Below, one piece after another: positions 55,208 to 63,467 of a DNA stretch of 64,000 nt; within the stretch, counting starts at the first letter, position 1, and each line of letters begins with the position of its first letter. A program made the translations under genes and the position numbers. This stretch comes from Chloroflexia bacterium (GTDB taxonomy: Bacteria; Chloroflexota; Chloroflexia; Thermomicrobiales; CFX8): the NCBI GenBank assembly GCA_030431755.1, contig JAUIIK010000001.1, positions 42,184 to 106,183 on the forward strand, written 5' to 3'. Under the pieces are notes generated by a model. That model made no database searches. It was not told the DNA's origin and saw nothing but the letters and a program-made list of their open reading frames with translations.

Positions 55208-57008
55208 ACTCGTTCCTCCGGTCATGGGTGGTGGTGTGCACCGCGGATAAGCGTGCGTAGCGACCGCCGGCATCGATCAAGCTTGCGTGTGTGCCGCGTT
55301 CTACGATCTCACCGTTCTCGATGTACAGAATGTAGTCAGCGCGGGATGCGAAGGCGAGGTCGTGTGTTACAAGCACCGTCGTGGTGTGCTCGGAGAGACG
55401 TTTCAGCGCGTTGATCACTGATTGCTCATTTGCCTCGTCGAGACCGGTCGTTGGCTCGTCCAAGACGAGAATCGGCGCTTGCCGGACGGCGGCGCGCGCA
55501 ATCGACAGGCGCTGCCGCTGGCCGCCGGACAAGGTCGTACCGCGTTCGCCGAGTACCGTCTCGTAACCATGTGGGAGATCGCCGATGAAGAGATGGGCGT
55601 TGGCCAGGCGCGCCGCCGCGACAATGTCCGCTGCTGTCGAGTCGGGACGCCCATACGCAATGTTGTCGCGCACCGACGCTGCGAACAGCAGGGTCTCCTG
55701 CATAACAACGCTCATCTGCCGGCGGAGGGACTCGACCTTGTAGCTACGAATGTCTCGCCCGTCGATCTCGATCCCGCCGTCGGTCGGATCATACAGGCGC
55801 AGCAGAAGACTGGCGATGGTCGATTTCCCGTGGCCCGATGGACCGATCAGCGCGACCGTCTGACCAGGCTGGATCGTGAACGAGATGTTGCGCAGGACCG
55901 GATGTTGAGGATCGTACCCAAATGACACATTTCGGAACGCAATCTCGCCCAGAAATGGCGGCGCGTCGATTGCCCCCGCAGTGTCCTTGATGTCTGGTGT
56001 GCGCTCGAAGACGTCAAGCACGCGTTCGCCGGCCGCCGACGCCTTGGCCAATCGCCCGGTGTACTTGGCGTAGCTCTGAATCGGCCGGTAGGAAGACTTG
56101 AGGTAGGAGAGAAAGACCAGCAGTTCGCCGGCTGTCAGCGCGCCTTGCAGTACCAGGCGGACCCCGTACCAGAGCACGAGAGCGGAACCGCAGGCTGTCA
56201 GCACGTCAACAGACCGTTCAAGGCGTGCCTCCAGCCGCTTCGCTCGCACCGACTCCGCCTGACTCCGGTTGTTCTGCCGCGCGAACTGATTGCCAAACGT
56301 GTCTTCGAGCGACAGTGCCTGGACAGTCCGAATCGCGCTGATTGCTTCCGCCGCGGTTGCGGCGACTGCGCCTTCACGTTGTCGCTGCTTGCGCGACACC
56401 TGGCTAATCCGCTTGCTGAGCCGGATCGAGCGAATCAGGAACAGCGGGAGCACAGACGCCGCGAGGAGTGCGAGTTGCCAGTTAAGCCAGAAGGTGACCG
56501 AGAGCATGCCAACGAGGATGAGCGCATTTGCGATCAGCGGCAGGACCGCCGTGACCGTCACATCCTTGAGCATTCCGATGTCACCAATAACCCGAATGGT
56601 GAGATCGCCGGTGCGTGTACTGTCGTGATAGGAGAGCGAGAGGCGTTGCATGTGATGGTAGAGGTCCGCGCGAACAGCAGTGAGTACGCGATTCCCAACG
56701 AGCGCCATCCCAATCGTGCTCGCGTACGATGTAACTGCCCGTAGTAAGGCGACGACCACGACCGCGCCAGCCATCAGTGTGAGCCAGACAAGTTGGTTGT
56801 CGACTTCCTCTCCGGCCGGTGGGCTGATCAGGCGGTCGAAGACGAACTTGAGTGGCCACGGCTCGAGCAATCGAAATCCAACCTGCGCCAGCAAGGCAAC
56901 GAAGGAGCCGCCGAGGAGCATCTTGTGCTGTCGGATGTAAGGCCAGAACGCTCTGACGAACCGGAACAGGCCAGGTAGCGCGGCAGCGATGGACGATGTC
57001 CGCGCCAT
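55191..57008 (-). CDS. ABC exporter, fused permease/ATPase (MsbA/type IV exporter-like)
   Basis: Six-TM N-domain. Walker A GPSGHGKST, signature LSGGQRQRLSIARA, Walker B ILVLDEPT. ATG 57008 lies 1 nt after the upstream stop. Confidence 0.9.
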   Translation of the reverse strand: MARTSSIAAALPGLFRFVRAFWPYIRQHKMLLGGSFVALLAQVGFRLLEPWPLKFVFDRLISPPAGEEVDNQLVWLTLMAGAVVVVALLRAVTSYASTIGMALVGNRVLTAVRADLYHHMQRLSLSYHDSTRTGDLTIRVIGDIGMLKDVTVTAVLPLIANALILVGMLSVTFWLNWQLALLAASVLPLFLIRSIRLSKRISQVSRKQRQREGAVAATAAEAISAIRTVQALSLEDTFGNQFARQNNRSQAESVRAKRLEARLERSVDVLTACGSALVLWYGVRLVLQGALTAGELLVFLSYLKSSYRPIQSYAKYTGRLAKASAAGERVLDVFERTPDIKDTAGAIDAPPFLGEIAFRNVSFGYDPQHPVLRNISFTIQPGQTVALIGPSGHGKSTIASLLLRLYDPTDGGIEIDGRDIRSYKVESLRRQMSVVMQETLLFAASVRDNIAYGRPDSTAADIVAAARLANAHLFIGDLPHGYETVLGERGTTLSGGQRQRLSIARAAVRQAPILVLDEPTTGLDEANEQSVINALKRLSEHTTTVLVTHDLAFASRADYILYIENGEIVERGTHASLIDAGGRYARLSAVHTTTHDRRNEYVASD

Positions 57009-57009
57009 C

Positions 57010-58188
57010 TCAAACTGACACTTCTCGCGGCTGGGCAGCTTCGAATGCCGCGGCAACGACCCGGTCAACGATCGCGTCCCACGTGTATTGCCGGACGGCC
57101 GCGGCGCGCGCGCTCGTGCCAAGGCGGGCGCGAAGCCCCGAGTCACCTGCCAGCCTCACTAATGTGAGCGCCAGGTTGTCGGCATCGCCCGGGCGGCTGA
57201 GCAAGCCTCGTTCGCCGTCCTGGATGATTTCCGGGATCTGGCCGGTTGCGCTCGCGACGACCGGCAAGCCCGCGGCCATGTATTCGAAGATCTTGAGCGG
57301 CGAAAAGTAGAAACCTGGGATCGTGTCGTACGGGGCGACGCCGATGTCCATCGAAGTCAACATCCCCGGCATGCGCTCCGGGTCAACGGGGCCCACGAGC
57401 CGCACGACCTGATCGAGCTCAGCAGTCTGGACGGTTGATTCAATCTCTTGCCGGAGCGGACCGTCCCCAACAATCAGCAGCCGCAGTGCGGGACACTTCC
57501 GACTTGCGATCTTGAACCCATCGATGAGCGTGAGCAAGCCGTGCCAGCGTTTCATCGAGCCGGCAAAACCTACGGTGATCGTCCCTGGCTGCCGCGCAAT
57601 CATCGGAGGTATGTCGGGACTGAAGCGGGTAGGGTCTACGCCGTTTGGCTCAATATGTATGTGTTCCGCCGGCGCGTCCCGCTGTCTGACATAGTCAGCT
57701 ACTGCGTCCGAGACGACGACAATATGACTCGATGCCACGAAGGCCCGTCGGGCAACACCTTCGGCCAGCTCGCGGTCGGCCAGTTCGCGGTAGGTTGCCT
57801 GCTCTTCGATTAGTGGCGCGTTGACCTCCAGTACGCGAGGGATACCCGCCACGCGGCCGAACTCCATTGCCGCGGCGCTCCACAGTGAGTGGCGCTCGTA
57901 GATCAGGTCGAATGGCGTTCCCTTCATCAGCGCTCCCCGTATCGCGTCATTGAGCAGACTTATCGTGCGCTCCCGCGCGATCGGGGAGGACGAAGAGAGC
58001 TCGGGGAGTTGCGTGACGGAGACCGCATCAAGTCCACGTCGTACCGGACCGCCCAGAGAGGCGGCGATTAGCTCGACCTGCCAGCCACGTTTGACGAAGG
58101 TCCTTAGCACTTCCTGAACGTGGATCGAGCAGCCCTTGTGGCCGAACACCGGCACTCCAGCGTCGGCGCAGACGTATGCGATTTTCAC
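57010..58188 (-). CDS. Glycosyltransferase family 4 (GT-B)
   Basis: VKIAYVCADAGVPVFGHKGCSIHVQEV.. N-terminus and YFSPLKIFEYMAAGLPVVASATGQIPEII motif. GTG 58188 forms a GTGA overlap with the upstream stop. The Arg/Pro-rich 116-aa extension to 58536 is rejected. Confidence 0.85.
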   Translation of the reverse strand: MKIAYVCADAGVPVFGHKGCSIHVQEVLRTFVKRGWQVELIAASLGGPVRRGLDAVSVTQLPELSSSSPIARERTISLLNDAIRGALMKGTPFDLIYERHSLWSAAAMEFGRVAGIPRVLEVNAPLIEEQATYRELADRELAEGVARRAFVASSHIVVVSDAVADYVRQRDAPAEHIHIEPNGVDPTRFSPDIPPMIARQPGTITVGFAGSMKRWHGLLTLIDGFKIASRKCPALRLLIVGDGPLRQEIESTVQTAELDQVVRLVGPVDPERMPGMLTSMDIGVAPYDTIPGFYFSPLKIFEYMAAGLPVVASATGQIPEIIQDGERGLLSRPGDADNLALTLVRLAGDSGLRARLGTSARAAAVRQYTWDAIVDRVVAAAFEAAQPREVSV

Positions 58189-59420
58189 GACACCGCTCCC
58201 GCCAGCGCGCATTCGCGGTGCCAGGCATTCACGGCCCTGACAGTGAAGAGCTTCCGAACCCGAGCGGCGTTCTGGAGAATGTTGAAATCGGATTCGACGC
58301 GCATCCTGGCATTCTGCGCGAGCCGTTGCCGGAGGGCGGGATCTTCGAGGAGGCGCTTGAGTGCCGCCGCCAGCTCGAATGGATCTTCGGGCGGGACGAG
58401 TAGGCCGCCTTCGCCATGCCGGATCATCTCCGGGATCCCGGTGAGCTGTGTGGAGACGCACGCCGTTCCAAGTGCCATCGCTTCCAGCAGTACCGTGGGC
58501 AGGCCGTCCCTGTTGCCGTCGCGGGCCAGGCGGCACGGAGCGGCAAACAGGCTCGCGCGCGCGACACGGTGCTTGACCTCGGCCTGCGGCAACGGGCCGG
58601 CGAGCGTAACCTTGCTTGAAAGCCCAGCGCGCTCAATGTGCTCAGCAAGGGCAGGTCGAAGCTCGCCGTCGCCGACGATGTCGCAGGTGAACTCGACACC
58701 ATCGCGAGCCAGCAGGTCACAGGCGTCAATAAGTATGTCGAATCCCTTTTTCTCGACCAGCCTGCCGACAGCCACGAGCTTTGCAGTCTCTCTGTGGTCC
58801 GCGCTGAAGTGGAATGCGTCGAGATCGAGGCCGTTGTAGATCCGGCGCACGCTTCGAGCATCGGGGCCGAATTGCTGCCTGAGGTAGTCCGCATTGAAAT
58901 CGCTGACGGTGACTACGGCCGTCGCGTCAGCCATCTTGCGGCGGAGATCCTCCGGTTCGACTGTCTCGTGGTAGATGTCTTTGGCATGGGCTGTGAAGCT
59001 ATAAGGCACTCCGGACATCATTGCCGCAAGGCGGGTGACCGTCGTCGCGACGCTCGCAAAATGCGCGTGGAGATGGGTGATACCGCGTTCGCGCACCTCC
59101 GCAGCGATGATCGCGGCCTGGTAGACATCCAGTGCCCGCACACCCTGTGCCGCCGCGAATGCTTCAGAGTACCGGCGTGGGCTGTCACCAGCTGCCTGAG
59201 CAAGAGCAGCCCAGAGCGCATCGCCTCCAATCTTGCCTGCCGGGACGTAGGTCACACCGGCCTTGACTCGGGCGAGAACATCCTGAAAATGCGTGTCGGC
59301 GGGCGGCCGCAATGAGAAGATGTCGATGTCGAGCCCAGATGCCTCATGCGCCAGAATCTCGCTGACGACAAAGGTCTCGGAGTAGCGCGGGTACCGCTTG
59401 ACAACATAGCCAACTCGCAT
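58185..59420 (-). CDS. Glycosyltransferase family 4 (WcaL-like)
   Basis: MRVGYVVKRYPRYSETFVVSEILAHEASG.. N-terminus typical of WcaL-type GT4 enzymes. C-terminal DGLPTVLLEAMALGTACVSTQLTGIPEMI. Confidence 0.85.
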   Translation of the reverse strand: MRVGYVVKRYPRYSETFVVSEILAHEASGLDIDIFSLRPPADTHFQDVLARVKAGVTYVPAGKIGGDALWAALAQAAGDSPRRYSEAFAAAQGVRALDVYQAAIIAAEVRERGITHLHAHFASVATTVTRLAAMMSGVPYSFTAHAKDIYHETVEPEDLRRKMADATAVVTVSDFNADYLRQQFGPDARSVRRIYNGLDLDAFHFSADHRETAKLVAVGRLVEKKGFDILIDACDLLARDGVEFTCDIVGDGELRPALAEHIERAGLSSKVTLAGPLPQAEVKHRVARASLFAAPCRLARDGNRDGLPTVLLEAMALGTACVSTQLTGIPEMIRHGEGGLLVPPEDPFELAAALKRLLEDPALRQRLAQNARMRVESDFNILQNAARVRKLFTVRAVNAWHRECALAGAVS

Positions 59421-59421
59421 G

Positions 59422-60714
59422 TCAGTCTCCCGATATTCGTGTATCAGCGTGGATGGCGTGTGGGGCATTCGAAATCAGATCGTTGAGAAAGACCGGGATC
59501 TTCGTAAGCCCTGCCAAGTCGAGGGCTTCAAACGCGCGGGGACGGTCGGCCGATGTGTCTGCCAGCCAGGCTTCAAGCGCGTCCGGCGAGAGGTCGGCCG
59601 GGTGAAGCATGTCAACCAGCCCTCGTTCGCTCAGTCGAGTGGCACGCAGTAATTGCTCTCGACGCGGCGTGGTTCGCGGAACGATCAAGGCGGATGCGCC
59701 ATAGGACAGCACCTCGCCTACTGCGTTGTAGCCGCCCATCGAGATGACCCGGTCGGCGGCTTCGATCAGTGACGCCGGCTCGGACACGAAGCCGAGGACA
59801 TCGAGGTCATTTCGTCCGCTTGCGAGTCTGGCGATGTCGTTTGCAGTTTCAGCCGGCATGTACGGTCCAGTCAGCAGCACTCCGGCTGCATCGGACGGGA
59901 AGCGCGTTGCAGCGAACGCTGTGGCGAGCGTGCCGCCATCCTGGCCGCCTCCGACAAGACAGAGAAGCAGGCGTTGGCCTGATGATCGAATTTTCTCGAC
60001 CAGACTGGCGACGCGTTCGTCGGGAACCCGGGGACGTGATTGCTGATCCAGGTACCCGGTGAACCGGACAATGCTTCGCACGTTTGCGAGGAACTTGTAC
60101 TCCCGCGTTGCGTCGTAGACAGCCCTGTCGCCGTAGATCCAGATGGCGTCGTAGACCGATTGGACCAACCTGTCCGCTCCCGTTTTCCTCCACTCTGCCT
60201 CAATGACGGCTGGAGCGTCCAGGATGTCCCGCAAGCCAAGAACGATCTTTGTCACCCCTTCCTGGCGAAGACGGTTGAGTGCTGGTAGCAGTTCACCGCC
60301 CGCGCCGGCCGGTACGTTGTCGACGATCAGCACGTCGGGCCGAAAGCTCTCCAGTGCGGAACTGATGATCGCTGAACGCAGCGCGATCAACGAGTCGAAT
60401 GAGCAGGTCAGCCGCCGCGCGGTGTAGGACCCTGCGCCGTTCTTGTAGAGCGAGGGCAGGGTGACGAGGTCTGTCCCAGCCGGCAGCTTGAATGAGCGAG
60501 TCTCGAGCGCGCCCGAGAGGAGCAGAATCGAACATCCGTGAACGTGGTTGGAAATTGCCTGCGCGATAAGTAAGTTGCGGCGAGTGTGCCCGAGTCCCTG
60601 GGAGTCGTGCGCGTACATCGCAATTCGTGGGGCTCTGCCGCCATGCGCAACGTTCCACGCTCCGGGGCCGAACCTCGTCGTACCGAACATCTCCGTGACG
60701 TTGAATGTGCTCAT
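59422..60714 (-). CDS. GT-B glycosyltransferase, MurG/GT28-like (COG4671-type, recalled from memory)
   Basis: RIAMYAHDSQGLGHTRRNLLIAQAI N-terminal motif and C-terminal ..RVISMGGYNAVGEVLSYGASALIVPR. 430 aa. Start codon uncertain because no SD is seen. Confidence 0.65.
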   Translation of the reverse strand: MSTFNVTEMFGTTRFGPGAWNVAHGGRAPRIAMYAHDSQGLGHTRRNLLIAQAISNHVHGCSILLLSGALETRSFKLPAGTDLVTLPSLYKNGAGSYTARRLTCSFDSLIALRSAIISSALESFRPDVLIVDNVPAGAGGELLPALNRLRQEGVTKIVLGLRDILDAPAVIEAEWRKTGADRLVQSVYDAIWIYGDRAVYDATREYKFLANVRSIVRFTGYLDQQSRPRVPDERVASLVEKIRSSGQRLLLCLVGGGQDGGTLATAFAATRFPSDAAGVLLTGPYMPAETANDIARLASGRNDLDVLGFVSEPASLIEAADRVISMGGYNAVGEVLSYGASALIVPRTTPRREQLLRATRLSERGLVDMLHPADLSPDALEAWLADTSADRPRAFEALDLAGLTKIPVFLNDLISNAPHAIHADTRISGD

Positions 60715-60992
60715 CGGCGGTGCGCCAGACTCGGCTCGCTGGCGGCCTGCATCCAGATCATCCCTCGGCTCCTCTCAGCTACAGGAGGACACTATAAGGA
60801 TTCGATTAGAGAGAGATTAGAGAGTAATGGTCGAGATTCGAGTTAGAGCCGATTTGACATGCTTTCCGCGTTTCGGACCAAGGATAGTGAGAGTCCATAA
60901 CCCGATGAAGGGGGACTTTCATGCGCATGACGTGCACCCGGTATCTGGTCCAGCGAGAATGAGAGTCCGCCGCTCGACGACGGGAGACTTTC

Positions 60993-61259
60993 ATGCGTAA
61001 GAGCTGCTACAGCGAGGAGCAGATCATCGATATCCTGCGGGAGCATGAAGCGGGCGCCAGCGTCACCGACCTGAGTCGCCGGCACGGGGTTAGTCAGTTG
61101 ACGATCTACCGCTGGAAACAGAAGTATGACGGGTTGGAACTCTCCGAGCTCAAGCGGCTGAAAGCGCTTGAGGCGGAGAATGCCCGGCTGAAGAAGCTCG
61201 TGGCAGACCAGGCCTTTGACAACCAGATGCTCAAGGAGTTGCTCGGAAAAAAGTGGTGA
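60993..61259 (+). CDS. IS3 family transposase OrfA (HTH)
   Basis: MRKSCYSEEQIIDILREHEAGASVTDLSRRHGVSQLTIYRWKQKY..LKALEAENARLKKLVADQ is a canonical IS3-family OrfA with a leucine zipper. Confidence 0.85.
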   Translation: MRKSCYSEEQIIDILREHEAGASVTDLSRRHGVSQLTIYRWKQKYDGLELSELKRLKALEAENARLKKLVADQAFDNQMLKELLGKKW

Positions 61260-61444
61260 CGGCGGAGGCACGGCGCGAGGCGGTGGCGCATCTGCGAGAG
61301 CGCTTTCCCGTCTCCGAACGCTGTGCTTGCCGGCTGGTCGGCGTTGCACGTATGCGAGCAGATTCCGACCGTGCTGGGCGAGATGACGCCTGTCGATGGG
61401 TTGGACGTGATGCTCGCCACCTGCGCCCTGATGGTCATCGTTGA
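61253..61444 (+). pseudogene. 5' remnant of IS3 family transposase OrfB
   Basis: The -1 frame after A AAA AAG (61247-61253) reads ..VVTAEARREAVAHLRERFPVSERCACRLVGVAR.., the typical OrfB N-terminus. It then degenerates and stops, and no integrase/DDE core follows. Confidence 0.6.
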
Positions 61445-61527
61445 CCTGTGAAAGACGCAATGTGGTTGATCGGGACGATCGTTCGCAACTCTGTCGGTAG
61501 GGCGAGGCTACTCGGGCCAGGAGAGGA

Positions 61528-61700
61528 GTGCCTATGGCTGCACGCATCGCAGTGATCGTGATCGACTGTAACGATTCTGCGCCGGTGGCTGCGTTCTGGA
61601 TGGCCGCGCTGGGCTACGGGGTGGCGGCGCAGAGCGGTGACTGGATCAAGCTGCGCGATCCGGCAGGCAAGGGACCACCACTAGCGTTCCAGCCCAAGGA
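61528..61700 (+). pseudogene. 5' fragment of a VOC/glyoxalase-like domain gene
   Basis: MAARIAVIVIDCNDSAPVAAFWMAALGYGVAAQSGDWIKLRDPAGKGPPLAFQP matches the N-terminal half of glyoxalase-like domain proteins. The expected ..KNR.HLD.. continuation is absent, and the rest of the ORF overlaps the opposite-strand gene. Confidence 0.5.
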
Positions 61701-62232
61701 CGGATTTGCATGGCCCGCTCGAATGAAGTCGCGGACTTCGTCGAGGGAGATGTGCGCTAAAGAACAGGTTACGAGTCGTGTCCTGCTCAGTCTTGAGCGC
61801 TCCGATCGCCGCAGAGCACAGCATCCCATCGACCATATCCGTGAGATTCATTGCGGGCGCCGTCCAACGGAGGAACGAGTCCATGTTGTCGGTCGCGATC
61901 ACAACCAGGCACCCGCGTTCGCGGAGCGCAGCAATCAAATCCGGAATCACGGGTGAGACGAGTGTCATCCGCTGGCAGCTGGAAACGAACTCCGCCATCA
62001 CGAAGTCAACCTCAAGCACGGTGTGATCCGCGACGACCTCGATGACCGCCTCAGTCGACAGCGAACCGCGCATCCACGGGACAATGAGACTCTGGTTCAC
62101 GTCGAACAAGGACGCACGCAACCGGGCATACCGATGCTCGTGAGCAGCCGACCGCGCAAGCGTTTGGTCCCAGAACAGCGATGTCGACAACGTATTGTGC
62201 CAATCGATAAACACGCACTTGTATTGGCTCAT
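61681..62232 (-). CDS. HAD-like hydrolase candidate with atypical motif I; 3' end probably not native
   Basis: KCVFIDWHNTL (DxDxT-like with His in place of the second Asp), VVIATDN and ..LKTEQD.. segments. The last ~25 codons run antisense through the VOC fragment. Confidence 0.4.
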   Translation of the reverse strand: MSQYKCVFIDWHNTLSTSLFWDQTLARSAAHEHRYARLRASLFDVNQSLIVPWMRGSLSTEAVIEVVADHTVLEVDFVMAEFVSSCQRMTLVSPVIPDLIAALRERGCLVVIATDNMDSFLRWTAPAMNLTDMVDGMLCSAAIGALKTEQDTTRNLFFSAHLPRRSPRLHSSGPCKSVLGLER

Positions 62233-62297
62233 CGTTCACCCTGTTGGCGGACCTGCTGCTTCTATAGATCGACAGCACCGACTGGAGGGTTGAAGGT

Positions 62298-62834
62298 CTA
62301 TGCAGCCCGGTCCGAGTGCAGCACGCCCATATAGACGACGTCGACGTAGCGGCCGTTGCTGTACATGTGCTCGCGCAGGCGGCCTTCTTCCGCGAAGCCG
62401 CAAGCACGGTAGGCGCGGATGGCGCGCTCGTTGTCGGCGTGAACCCAGAGCCAGACACGCCGGAAGTTGCGGTAGCGGAAGGCGTAGTCAACGAGCAGGT
62501 TGACGGCTTCGCGACCATAGCCCTGACCCCAGTAGCGCTTGTCGCCAATGACGATTCCGAGCTGGGCGGTGCGCGCCGTCTCGTTGAAATCGAACAAGCC
62601 GCACTGGCCGGCAAACGCGCCATCGATTTCAATTGCAAACCATGCGCCGTCGCGGTCACCTTCGGCAGCCTGACGGTCGAAGTCCGCTTCGAGGCGCTGA
62701 ATCGATTGGGGCATCGGTGGATCGCCGCCGCCGGCCAGCTCAACATCAAGATCATTATTGAAACGCCAGAGCGGCTCCAGATCGTCGCGCCGCAAACCCC
62801 GCAGCGTCACTCGTTCTCCAACCAGCATCGGCAA
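62298..62834 (-). CDS. GNAT family N-acetyltransferase (RimJ/RimL-like)
   Basis: VTLRGLRRDDLEPLWRF.. N-terminus and acetyl-CoA motif YWGQGYGREAV. 178 aa. Confidence 0.85.
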   Translation of the reverse strand: MPMLVGERVTLRGLRRDDLEPLWRFNNDLDVELAGGGDPPMPQSIQRLEADFDRQAAEGDRDGAWFAIEIDGAFAGQCGLFDFNETARTAQLGIVIGDKRYWGQGYGREAVNLLVDYAFRYRNFRRVWLWVHADNERAIRAYRACGFAEEGRLREHMYSNGRYVDVVYMGVLHSDRAA

Positions 62835-62888
62835 GCTCCTCCCGACCTCGCTACGGTGGCATTATAGGCACGAGCGGCTTCCAACCCG

Positions 62889-63458
62889 ATGCAAGGAGCG
62901 CCCATGACGCAACCAGACATCCAGGTGCGACCTGCCAGACCCGGTGACGCGACCGGCATCGCGCAGGTACACGTCGACTCCTGGCGCACAACCTACAAGG
63001 GCATCGTCTCGGACGCGACGCTCGCTGCACTCTCGGTCGAAGCACGGGCCGATTTCTGGGGCCGGACGCTGGCGGAACCTGACAACGACGCTTTGACCTA
63101 TGTTGTCGACGATGCAAGCGCCAAGAAGATCGTCGGCTTCGCCTCGGCTGGTCCGGAGCGCGAAAATAACCCGGAGTTTCGTGGCGAACTCTATGCGATC
63201 TACCTGCTTGAGGAGCACCAGGGGCAGGGACTTGGCAAGCGACTCACAGCCGCAGCCGTCGACGGCCTACGATCTACCGGATACGGCACAATGCTCGTCT
63301 GGGTGCTTGCTGACAATCCGGCACGCCGCTACTACCAGGCCATCGGTGGAGCCGAGATCGGCAGCAAACCAGTTGAGATCGGTGGCGACACGTTCGAGGA
63401 AATCGCCCTCGGCTGGCGCGACATCGAAACGCTCGCTGCCCGGCTCCGGGCGCGGTGA
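62889..63458 (+). CDS. GNAT family N-acetyltransferase
   Basis: IQVRPARPGDATGIAQVHVDSW.. and acetyl-CoA motif HQGQGLGKRLTAAAV. 189 aa. Confidence 0.85.
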   Translation: MQGAPMTQPDIQVRPARPGDATGIAQVHVDSWRTTYKGIVSDATLAALSVEARADFWGRTLAEPDNDALTYVVDDASAKKIVGFASAGPERENNPEFRGELYAIYLLEEHQGQGLGKRLTAAAVDGLRSTGYGTMLVWVLADNPARRYYQAIGGAEIGSKPVEIGGDTFEEIALGWRDIETLAARLRAR

Positions 63459-63467
63459 CTGCCCATC

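Larger units (their letters stand above)
60888..61444 (+). mobile_element. Decayed IS3-family element: duplicated left end, intact orfA, truncated orfB, no DDE domain
   Basis: Two copies of TGAGAGTCC..GG(G)AGACTTTCATGCG at 60888-60923 and 60960-60995. orfA is followed by the A AAA AAG slippery site. The orfB-like reading ends at 61444. Confidence 0.7.

Noticed and set aside
58189-58536. Long N-terminal extensions in the ORF track. This one is 116 aa; similar ones lie at 31384-31488, 57009-57146, 45870-45971, 34025-34084 and 24530-24622.
   Set aside because: The extensions are Arg/Pro/Ala-rich, overlap the preceding gene, and precede the conserved family N-termini. Internal starts coincide with stop-start overlaps or SD sequences.
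52842-60714. Calling the GT/MsbA/kinase block a bona fide LPS core locus
   Set aside because: No lipid A genes (lpxA/C/D, kdsA/B, waaA) or heptose-pathway genes are visible in the window. The kinase subfamily cannot be assigned by eye. Only the weaker phosphoglycolipid/oligosaccharide hypothesis is retained.
61701-61956. Remainder of the 142-aa ORF starting at 61528, treated as an intact gene
   Set aside because: Only the first ~55 residues resemble a VOC/glyoxalase-like domain. The rest is non-homologous and antisense to the HAD-like ORF, so it is called a gene fragment.
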